Assembly: GCA_038062115.1 (NCBI GenBank)
Contig: JBBTXS010000008.1
Location: 12,484-76,483 of the forward strand
Direction: 5' to 3'
DNA from: Patescibacteria group bacterium
Lineage (GTDB): Bacteria; Patescibacteriota; Microgenomatia; Levybacterales; UBA12049
Length of the DNA: 64,000 bases
Shown here: one piece after another, positions 34,918-42,414 of the stretch
How the letters are laid out: each line of letters opens with the position of its first letter
Position numbering within the stretch: the stretch's first letter is position 1
Made by a program: the position numbers and the translations under genes
Notes under the pieces: generated by a model
The model's database searches: none
What the model saw: the letters and a program-made list of their open reading frames with translations, nothing else
Told to the model about the DNA's origin: nothing

Positions 34918-36293
34918 TGATTACCTTTTCAATAATCCAAAAATCTCAACTTGAAGGCGCTTATCGGCTAGATGCGGAATATTATCAGCCAGAATATTTA
35001 AAGGTAATAGAAAATATTAAAAGCAGAGAATTTCGTACCCTAGAAGATTTTGGTTGTAACGTTGTCAGTGGGCCTTTTGGCTCATCCCTTAAAAGTGAAG
35101 CTTATTTGGAACAAGGGATTCCATTTATTAGGATTAACGACTTAAAAGAATTTTTTATTCAGGAGGATAGTTTAGTTTACATTTCCGAAGAGGATAATAA
35201 TAGATTAAAACAATCTCAGCTTCATCCTTTTGATTTAGTTCTATCTAAAGTGGGAAATACCATTGGTATAGTATCAGCAATAACAGAAGAATTAGGTATT
35301 AGCAATATAAGCGAAAATAACATTGGTATAAAATTTAAAAATTCAAACCTAACTTTGGCTCATAAGTTATTTTTATTAACCTTTTTAAATTCCAGTTTGG
35401 GATACTTGCAGGTAAAAAGGAGTGTTAGCGGTAACGCACAACCTAAATTAAACATAAGCGATATTTCTCAACTGATAGTTCCTTCACCACAAATAAATCT
35501 TCTTAAAAAAATTGAAGAATTAATACTTGAAGCAAAACAAAGCTTGGATAGTTCAAAACTTTTATATGGGCAAGCCGAAAATTTGCTTTTGGAGGAGTTG
35601 GGGTTAAAGGATTTTCAGGCAAAAGATGATTTGAGTTTTGTTGTAAATCTTTCAGATGTAAAATCTGCAAATCGCGTAGACGCTGAATATTTTCAACCGA
35701 AGTATCAAAAGCTAGTCGAGCAGATTAAAAAGCAAAACCATAAACAACTAGGAGAATTAGTTTCAATGAAGAAAGGATTTGAATCTGGAAGCGAAGCATA
35801 TCAAGAAGATGGAAGATTATTTATTAGGGTAAGCAGTCTCTCTAAGTCTGGTATTGATAATAAAGATCAAAAATATTTAAGCGAAGAATTATATGAAAGA
35901 CTGCAAAAAGATTTTCAACCAGGACTTGGAGAAATTTTACTAACAAAAGACGCAACACCGGGAACTGCCTACGTTTTGAAAGAACCAATTGATGGAATTA
36001 TTTCTGGTGGCATTTTGCGTCTAAAAGTAAAAGGCGATACAGATCCTGAATATTTGGCGCTTTGTGTAAGCTCTATAATAGGGCAGATGCAAGCAGAACG
36101 AGATGCAGGAGGTTCGGTTATTGCTCATTGGAAGCCCGAACAGATTAGAAATTTATTGATGCCAATTTTACCAAAAGAAGTACAGCAGAAAATTGCTGAT
36201 TTGGTGAGGAAATCACATGAGGCAAGGAAAAAATCAAAAGAGCTTTTAGAGGAGGCAAAACGTAAAGTTGAGGAAATGATAGAAAATGGGTGA
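34917..36293 (+). CDS. hsdS: Restriction-modification specificity (S) subunit with two target-recognition domains
   Basis: 458 aa. Internal duplication (RLDAEYYQPEYLKVIENIKS / RVDAEYFQPKYQKLVEQIKK). Central and C-terminal coiled conserved regions (LLKKIEELILEAKQSLDSS... / QQKIADLVRKSHEARKKSKELLEEAKRKVEEMI). Confidence 0.8.
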   Translation: MITFSIIQKSQLEGAYRLDAEYYQPEYLKVIENIKSREFRTLEDFGCNVVSGPFGSSLKSEAYLEQGIPFIRINDLKEFFIQEDSLVYISEEDNNRLKQSQLHPFDLVLSKVGNTIGIVSAITEELGISNISENNIGIKFKNSNLTLAHKLFLLTFLNSSLGYLQVKRSVSGNAQPKLNISDISQLIVPSPQINLLKKIEELILEAKQSLDSSKLLYGQAENLLLEELGLKDFQAKDDLSFVVNLSDVKSANRVDAEYFQPKYQKLVEQIKKQNHKQLGELVSMKKGFESGSEAYQEDGRLFIRVSSLSKSGIDNKDQKYLSEELYERLQKDFQPGLGEILLTKDATPGTAYVLKEPIDGIISGGILRLKVKGDTDPEYLALCVSSIIGQMQAERDAGGSVIAHWKPEQIRNLLMPILPKEVQQKIADLVRKSHEARKKSKELLEEAKRKVEEMIENG

Positions 36294-36759
36294 TTTTGAG
36301 AAGTTTTATAATATTGCGCTTCGGTTTTTGGCATATCGTCCTCGGTCGGAAAAAGAAGTAAGAGACTATCTGACGCGAAAAAAAAATGAGTCTTCAATTA
36401 TTGAGAGAGTTATTGTCAAACTAAGAGAACAAAAGTTTGTTGACGATGAGGAGTTTGTGAAATGGTGGATCGAACAGCGATCTGCGTTCAAAACTAAAAG
36501 TATTAAGTTCATAAAAATGGAGCTACAACAAAAAGGCGTAGCTCAAGAAATAGCAGATCGCATAATTCATAATTCAGAATTCATAATTCAGAATGATTTG
36601 GAACGAGCGAAGAAGTTAATAGAAAAACGGCTAGAAAGGGTTAAGGGTTTATCTAAGCAGGAAATTTATCAAAAACTAGGCTCGTATCTTGCGCGAAGAG
36701 GGTTTGATTGGGAGACGATAAAACAATCCATTGACGAGGTGATTTTAAAAGGAGTATAA
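36286..36759 (+). CDS. recX: RecA regulator RecX
   Basis: 157 aa. FLAYRPRSEKEVRDYLTRKK plus three-helix repeats. Overlaps the S-subunit gene by 8 nt. Contains a heptamer array at 36562..36596. Confidence 0.75.
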   Translation: MGDFEKFYNIALRFLAYRPRSEKEVRDYLTRKKNESSIIERVIVKLREQKFVDDEEFVKWWIEQRSAFKTKSIKFIKMELQQKGVAQEIADRIIHNSEFIIQNDLERAKKLIEKRLERVKGLSKQEIYQKLGSYLARRGFDWETIKQSIDEVILKGV

Positions 36760-36833
36760 TAAAAATGTTAGACAATAGAGGGCATAAAGTCTTATGAGAA
36801 AAGTACTTAGGACACATATTATACCTCTTTCTC

Positions 36834-36856
36834 AATCCGTCATATGACGGATTTTT
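36834..36856 (+). terminator. Palindromic hairpin plus T tract after recX
   Basis: Perfect 20-nt palindrome AATCCGTCATATGACGGATT followed by TTTCT. This is the first terminator-like structure seen after recA. Confidence 0.5.
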
Positions 36857-36875
36857 CTATTGTCTTCAAAATATT

Positions 36876-38138
36876 ATGAATCCTCAAAATCGGGATTTAA
36901 TAATTCTTGAGAAAAAACTTCTTGAAAAAGAAGAGAGACTTGATCGTGAAAAAGACCACATAGAAAAGGAAAAAGAAGATCTTAATAAGATTAAAACTGA
37001 ATATCTTGATAAGCTCGAAAAAGCTTCAGGAATGACTAGCGATGAAGCAAAAAAAGAACTTCTTAAAGAAACCGAAGAAAAAGAAGCAAAAATTATTGCA
37101 AGAATTATTAAAGAGAAAGAAGAAGAAGCAAAACGAACTGCCGATAGAAAAGCCCAAGAAATTTTAATAGACAGCATGAGACACGGTGCAATTAATTATA
37201 TTGCCGAATATACAGTATCGACAATAAAAATTTCAGACGAGGACTTAAAAGGAAGAATTATTGGTAAAGAAGGTCGCAACATAAGAGCTTTTGAACAAGC
37301 AACTGGAGTGGATGTTGATCTTGATGAAGAAGGAATCATAAGACTTTCGTCTTTTAATCAGATTAGACGTGAAATAGCCAGGCGAAGCCTGGAAAAGCTA
37401 ATTAAAGATACGAGAGTGCAACCATTTAGAATTGAAGAAATTGTAGATCAGACAAAACTTGAAGTAGAAAAAATAATGAAGGAAGAAGGAGAAAAATTTG
37501 CCCACGAGGTTGGAGTTTTTAATCTGCCATCAGAACTTTTATCAATACTTGGCCGCTTTAAATTTAGAACATCTTATGGACAAAATTTAGTAGTTCATAC
37601 ATTAGAAGAAACTAAAATTGGACTTCATATTGCCTACGAGTTGGGAGCAGATGCTAATATTGTTAGACTAGGTTGTTTATTCCACGATATAGGTAAAGTA
37701 GTTGAGGGAGAAGGCAGCCATGTTACGCTTGGGGCTGATTTGCTAAAGCGTTTTAATATTCCAGAGCCTGTGATAAATTGTGTATTAGAGCACCACGAAG
37801 ACAAACCTTTTTCGGCAATGGAATCAGTCATTGTTTATATAGCAGATGCAATTTCTGGAGCAAGACCTGGGGCACGTTTCGAAGATGTAGAAGAATATGC
37901 TAAAAGACTAAAGGATATGGAGGAAATCGCAAAAAAGTATGAAGGCGTTGAAGATGCTTATGCATTCGAGGCTGGTCGAGAATTAAGAGTTATTATAAAT
38001 CCTGGAAGGCTTGACGATGCCCAAACCACATTGGTCGCACAAAAAATAAGAGACGAAGTTAGTCATAAACTTGCAGTTCCAGGAGAGGTAAAAGTTACTG
38101 CCATTCGCGAATTTCGTGCAGTTTCCCCTGAATCCTAA
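36876..38138 (+). CDS. rny: Ribonuclease Y (KH + HD domains), no N-terminal TM helix in this model
   Basis: 420 aa. Lys/Glu-rich coiled coil, KH motif IGKEGRNIRAFEQATGVDV, HD motif LFHDIGK ... EHHE. Confidence 0.85.
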   Translation: MNPQNRDLIILEKKLLEKEERLDREKDHIEKEKEDLNKIKTEYLDKLEKASGMTSDEAKKELLKETEEKEAKIIARIIKEKEEEAKRTADRKAQEILIDSMRHGAINYIAEYTVSTIKISDEDLKGRIIGKEGRNIRAFEQATGVDVDLDEEGIIRLSSFNQIRREIARRSLEKLIKDTRVQPFRIEEIVDQTKLEVEKIMKEEGEKFAHEVGVFNLPSELLSILGRFKFRTSYGQNLVVHTLEETKIGLHIAYELGADANIVRLGCLFHDIGKVVEGEGSHVTLGADLLKRFNIPEPVINCVLEHHEDKPFSAMESVIVYIADAISGARPGARFEDVEEYAKRLKDMEEIAKKYEGVEDAYAFEAGRELRVIINPGRLDDAQTTLVAQKIRDEVSHKLAVPGEVKVTAIREFRAVSPES

Positions 38139-38259
38139 GCCCTAATCTTCATTTTGCTTGTTGACAAAGTTTTATTCGCATTGTATTGTTAGTCTAATTG
38201 AAAAATATAGTCTAAGTTAGGTTGCCAATCCTTACTTTTTGGGAAGGGGGTGATATAAT

Positions 38260-38532
38260 TTGACAAAAAGAGAACTCATAGAAATTGTGGCTAAAAAAGC
38301 AAATCTAACAAGCAAAGCTGCAAGAGATTCGGTGCAGGGGGTTATTAACTCTATTCGCGATGCCTTAAAGCGAGGAGAAAAAGTTGTTATTACAGGATTT
38401 GGAACTTTTTCTGTTAGAAAAAGAGTTGAGCGAGTTGGAAGAAATCCAAAAACTGGAGAAAAAATAACAATTGCAGCCAGAAAAGCTCCAGGCTTTACTC
38501 CTGGAAAAACACTAAAAAAAGTAGTTAGATAA
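38260..38532 (+). CDS. hup: HU/IHF family DNA-binding protein
   Basis: 90 aa, TTG start. ITGFGTFSVRKRVERVGRNPKTGEKITIAARKAPGFTPGKTLK is the HU beta-arm signature. Purine-rich GGGAAGGGGGTGA lies upstream. Possible promoter TTGACA at 38161, 17-nt spacer, TATTGT. Confidence 0.9.
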   Translation: MTKRELIEIVAKKANLTSKAARDSVQGVINSIRDALKRGEKVVITGFGTFSVRKRVERVGRNPKTGEKITIAARKAPGFTPGKTLKKVVR

Positions 38533-38570
38533 AATAAAAGATCCTAACAGCTTTTTGGTATAATCAAAGT

Positions 38571-39536
38571 GTGATTATCTCCGTTTCTCATTTGTCAAAA
38601 TACTACCAAGCTTATCAAAAAGCGCCAGGTTTTTTAGGATCGGTAAGATCGTTGATATCACGAAAATACACAACAGTAAAAGCTGTTGATGGTATTTCAT
38701 TCGAAATTGATACAGGCGAGCTTGTTGGATTTATTGGACCAAATGGCGCTGGAAAAACAACAACTCTAAAATGTTTGTCTGGGCTTTTATACCCGACAAA
38801 TGGAAAAATTTCTGTTCTGGGATTTACTCCGTTTGAGCGAAAAAAAGAATTCTTAAAACAGATCTCTTTTGTTATGGGACAAAAAAATCAACTTTGGTGG
38901 GAGCTTCCAGCCTTGGATACATTGCTTCTAAATAAAGAAATTTACGATGTTCCTAATAATAAGTTTGATGAAGTTATTAAAGAATTATCAAAACTTTTAG
39001 AGGTTGAGGATTTATTAAAAATTCAAGTGAAAAAATTATCTCTAGGACAAAGAATGAAATGCGAACTTATTGCATCATTAATCCATTTCCCAAAAGTTTT
39101 ATTTTTGGATGAGCCAACAATAGGGCTTGATGTGGTTATGCAGAAAAAACTGCGTGAGTTTATCAAAGAGTACAATAAGCGATACAAAGCAACAATTATT
39201 TTGACTAGCCATTATATGGACGACGTTGAAGACCTTTGCAAGAGGGTAATCGTTGTTAATCGAGGTAAGATTGTCTTTGATGGAAACCTTTCAGACCTTA
39301 TAAAAAGATATGCTCCATATAAAATAATTAGTGTTACTCTCGAAGAAAATATTGATCCCAAGAGTATTGATAGTTCTTTAGAAGTTATTACTTTTCTTTA
39401 TCCAAGGCTTGTTCTCAAAGTGAAAAATGAAAAGGTGAACGATACGGCTTCTCAAATACTCAAAAATTTTAAGACAAGAGATCTTACAATTGAAGATGCC
39501 GACATAGAAGATGTGATTAGAAGAGTATATGAATAA
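38571..39536 (+). CDS. ABC transporter ATP-binding protein
   Basis: 321 aa, GTG start. Walker A GPNGAGKTTT, signature LSLGQRMKCE, Walker B LFLDEPTIGLD. Confidence 0.9.
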   Translation: MIISVSHLSKYYQAYQKAPGFLGSVRSLISRKYTTVKAVDGISFEIDTGELVGFIGPNGAGKTTTLKCLSGLLYPTNGKISVLGFTPFERKKEFLKQISFVMGQKNQLWWELPALDTLLLNKEIYDVPNNKFDEVIKELSKLLEVEDLLKIQVKKLSLGQRMKCELIASLIHFPKVLFLDEPTIGLDVVMQKKLREFIKEYNKRYKATIILTSHYMDDVEDLCKRVIVVNRGKIVFDGNLSDLIKRYAPYKIISVTLEENIDPKSIDSSLEVITFLYPRLVLKVKNEKVNDTASQILKNFKTRDLTIEDADIEDVIRRVYE

Positions 39537-40323
39537 ATATTTATTAGTTGCAAAAAACACTTGGTATGAAACTGTAGCCTACAGATTTAATTTTGTGATG
39601 TGGCGGATAAGAGTGGTTTTTCAGTTGCTAACGGTATATTTTTTATGGCTTGCAATAATACCAGAAAATGGAGATTTTTTGGGCTATACCAAGCCCCTAA
39701 TGCTTACTTATGTTTTGGGGACTTCTCTCATAGCTTCCATTGCTCTTGCTTCAAGAAGTTACGGGATTGGAGATGAAATCAATAATGGTAATCTTTCTAA
39801 TTTTCTGATTAAACCAATAAACTACTTTCTTTATTGGTTTTCAAAAGACATGGGAGATAAAGCTATGAATATTTTATTTTCTGTATTAGAGCTCACTATG
39901 CTATTTCTTCTTTTGCATCCGCCGATATTTATTCAGACTAACATATTTATTATTTTTCTTGCTCTTATTTCTTCGGTAATTGCTTTGATACTATATTTTT
40001 TGTTTAACATTTTATTAGGGCTTATAGGTTTTTGGAGTCCCGACGTTTGGGCGCCCAGATTTATTTTTATTATACTCCTAAACTTTTTTGCAGGATCTCT
40101 TTTTCCGCTTGATATTTTGCCAAAATCAGTATTTTATTTTTTGCGAGCTTTGCCTTTTACATACATTCTCTACTTTCCCTTAAAAATTTATCTTGGACAA
40201 TTATCTCAAATCGAAATTTACATAGGCGTTTTTATCTCAGCAATTTGGGTATTAATTATATATTGGTTTGTTAGAATTATTTGGGCAAAAGGAATTGCTG
40301 CTTATACAGCTTATGGTAGGTAA
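39529..40323 (+). CDS. ABC-2 family permease
   Basis: 264 aa with six predicted helices. Overlaps the ATPase gene by 8 nt. Confidence 0.7.
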   Translation: MNKYLLVAKNTWYETVAYRFNFVMWRIRVVFQLLTVYFLWLAIIPENGDFLGYTKPLMLTYVLGTSLIASIALASRSYGIGDEINNGNLSNFLIKPINYFLYWFSKDMGDKAMNILFSVLELTMLFLLLHPPIFIQTNIFIIFLALISSVIALILYFLFNILLGLIGFWSPDVWAPRFIFIILLNFFAGSLFPLDILPKSVFYFLRALPFTYILYFPLKIYLGQLSQIEIYIGVFISAIWVLIIYWFVRIIWAKGIAAYTAYGR

Positions 40324-40345
40324 ATATTTAAAAATTTGGTGGACT

Positions 40346-41098
40346 ATGACAAGAATTGCTTCACAAATTGCTTTTGTTTCGCGGTTTGGCGCTATAATTT
40401 TTATTCTTGGAAAGATTTTGCGATTTGCATTTTTCCTTTTGTTTCTTCTTCTTTTAATATCAAAAACAAAAGTAATAGTAGGATATGAAATTTGGCAGGT
40501 AATTCTTTTCTTTGCGACATTTAACTTAATAGACACAGTCGTACAATTTTTTTTAAGGGAAGTCTACAGATTCCGTTCTTATGTTGTATCGGGAGATTTT
40601 GATTACTTTTTAATAAAACCAATCTCGCCTCTTTTTCGTTCGCTTTTTGGTGGAAGCGATGTATTGGATATATCGATGCTTTTGATTTCGGTTGGCTTTG
40701 TAATTATGTCCATCTTTAAAATTGGAGATATTTCGCTAAGCGGAGTATTAGTGTATCTTTTGCTTATCTTAAATGCGTTTTTAATTGCGCTTACCTTCCA
40801 CATTTTTATTCTCGTGGTAGGCATTTTGACAACAGAGGTAGATAATACTTTGTGGCTTTATAGAGATATAACTCAAATGGGTCGCTTGCCTATTGATATC
40901 TATAAAGAACCAATACGTGGGATACTTACCTTTATACTTCCTGTTGGAATCATGATGACGTTTCCACCCAAAAGTTTGATGGGGCTTTTGTCTATACAAT
41001 CAGTAATGATCGCACTTGTGGTAAGCACTGTATTGCTGTATGTAAGTCTTAAGTGTTGGAAATTTGCAATTTCGCGCTATGCCAGCGCAAGCAGTTGA
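40346..41098 (+). CDS. ABC-2 family permease (second subunit)
   Basis: Hydrophobic throughout. Start set at ATG 40346 (MTRIASQIAF), preceded by GGTGG. The ORF-track start at 40268 would overlap the previous gene by 56 nt. Confidence 0.65.
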   Translation: MTRIASQIAFVSRFGAIIFILGKILRFAFFLLFLLLLISKTKVIVGYEIWQVILFFATFNLIDTVVQFFLREVYRFRSYVVSGDFDYFLIKPISPLFRSLFGGSDVLDISMLLISVGFVIMSIFKIGDISLSGVLVYLLLILNAFLIALTFHIFILVVGILTTEVDNTLWLYRDITQMGRLPIDIYKEPIRGILTFILPVGIMMTFPPKSLMGLLSIQSVMIALVVSTVLLYVSLKCWKFAISRYASASS

Positions 41099-41107
41099 AA
41101 TAAAAAT

Positions 41108-41422
41108 CCTAGGAAGAGAATAAGCCAGATTCTGTTTTAGTTGCAATCTATCTATGCCCTCAAGCATCGGTACTAGGGTAAAGAACCTTAAAACGTACCA
41201 GTCGGAGGTTGCAGCGGGTAGGATTGCCCGTTTCACTCCCACTCGTCTCTGTTGCTCTCAAGTCTTGTCAATTCAAGACCTGTTCCAAACTCCACATGTG
41301 GGTAAAGAGTTTGGATACCAGCGCTTTCGCGTCGGAGCTTGCGCTCCATCCCCGTCTTTACGCCTGTCTGGACTTTCCTCTACGTTCATGTAACTGAACG
41401 CAGCAGCAACCTTCTTCCTAGG
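41108..41422 (-). ncRNA. rnpB: RNase P RNA, bacterial type A, compact (~315 nt)
   Basis: Minus strand contains GAGGAAAGTCCAGACAGG (P4 5' strand, consensus GAGGAAAGUCCGGGC) and ACAGAATCTGGCTTAT (P4 3' strand, consensus ACAGAACCCGGCUUA). The ends CCTAGGAAGA / TCTTCCTAGG pair as P1. Confidence 0.85.
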
Positions 41423-41501
41423 TACGCATATTTTATCAAAAAGTAACTCAAAAAGCGATCGGGCATTTGTAGACTAGAGAACATTAGGGTATAATATTTT
41501 T

Positions 41502-41921
41502 ATGTTAACAAGCAGTGAGAAAGCACAAATTATTGAATTTGTAAAAAGTAAGCCTATTGAGGTGGTGTATATTTTTGGCTCTCAGGCAACAGGTAAAGTA
41601 ATGCCTTTATCTGATTACGATTTTGCAGTGCTTTTTGATGAGTCAATATCAGCTCATGAAAGATTTGAGCTAAAACTAGATTTTATTGCCTTCCTTTCAA
41701 AACTGCTTAAAACAGACAAAGTTGACGTTGTAGATCTTAACAGCGCTCCGCTTCCGTTTCGCTACTCAGCGATCAAGCCCCGCATGGATATTTATACAAG
41801 ATCCAAAACAAAAAGAGATGAATTTGAATTAAAAACCTTTCGAGAATTTCTTGATAGGGTATATTATATAAAGCGCCATACGCAAGAGAGTTTAAGATTA
41901 TTTGCTAAGCATGGATTGTAA
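41502..41921 (+). CDS. mntA: MntA-type nucleotidyltransferase (antitoxin of a HepT/MntA pair)
   Basis: 139 aa. NTase motif IFGSQATGKVMPLSDYDFAVLF (GSx10-ish DxD). Confidence 0.75.
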   Translation: MLTSSEKAQIIEFVKSKPIEVVYIFGSQATGKVMPLSDYDFAVLFDESISAHERFELKLDFIAFLSKLLKTDKVDVVDLNSAPLPFRYSAIKPRMDIYTRSKTKRDEFELKTFREFLDRVYYIKRHTQESLRLFAKHGL

Positions 41922-41933
41922 GAGTCTTAATCT

Positions 41934-42353
41934 ATGGATCATATTGATAAAATCAACTTACGAATTGAAAAGCTTAAAGAATACGTTAATAGCCTAAAAA
42001 AACTAAAAGGTGTAACCGCAAAGGACCTTGTGGAAGATGAAGATAAGCGCCTCAAAGCAGAAAGACTTCTGCAACTTGCAATTGAGGCATGTGTTGATAT
42101 TGCAGAATTGATTATTGTGGACCAAAGACTTCGTGCTCCAATTGACGCTGCGCAAGCCATAGAAATTCTGGGGGAAGAGAAGATCATAGATTCTTCTTTT
42201 GCAAAAGGTTTTGCAAAAGCGGTTGGTTTTAGAAACATATTAGTCCATGACTATATTGATATTAATTACGAAGAAGTGGCAGATAAGATCAACAAAAGAC
42301 TTGGTGATTTCGACAGATTTGCTCAAGAAGTGGCGAAATTTTTGACTCTCTAA
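41934..42353 (+). CDS. hepT: HepT-type HEPN (DUF86) toxin
   Basis: 139 aa. Rx4HxY motif in FRNILVHDYIDI. Starts 12 nt after mntA. Confidence 0.75.
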   Translation: MDHIDKINLRIEKLKEYVNSLKKLKGVTAKDLVEDEDKRLKAERLLQLAIEACVDIAELIIVDQRLRAPIDAAQAIEILGEEKIIDSSFAKGFAKAVGFRNILVHDYIDINYEEVADKINKRLGDFDRFAQEVAKFLTL

Positions 42354-42414
42354 AACAGAATTGATTTACTCTCTTCATAGGGCACTTTTGAAAGTAAAAA
42401 AGATTCCTAATTAT

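Noticed and set aside
36876-36990. RNase Y lacking its usual N-terminal TM helix, as a sign of truncation or pseudogene
   Set aside because: The KH and HD domains are intact, and a terminator-like hairpin lies directly upstream, so no upstream exon is available. It is probably a genuine short form, and I cannot judge this without orthologs.
41000-41397. Three ORFs (41000..41242 minus, 41154..41393 plus, 41209..41397 plus)
   Set aside because: They overlap the RNase P RNA gene, whose conserved P4 sequences and P1 pairing explain the region.
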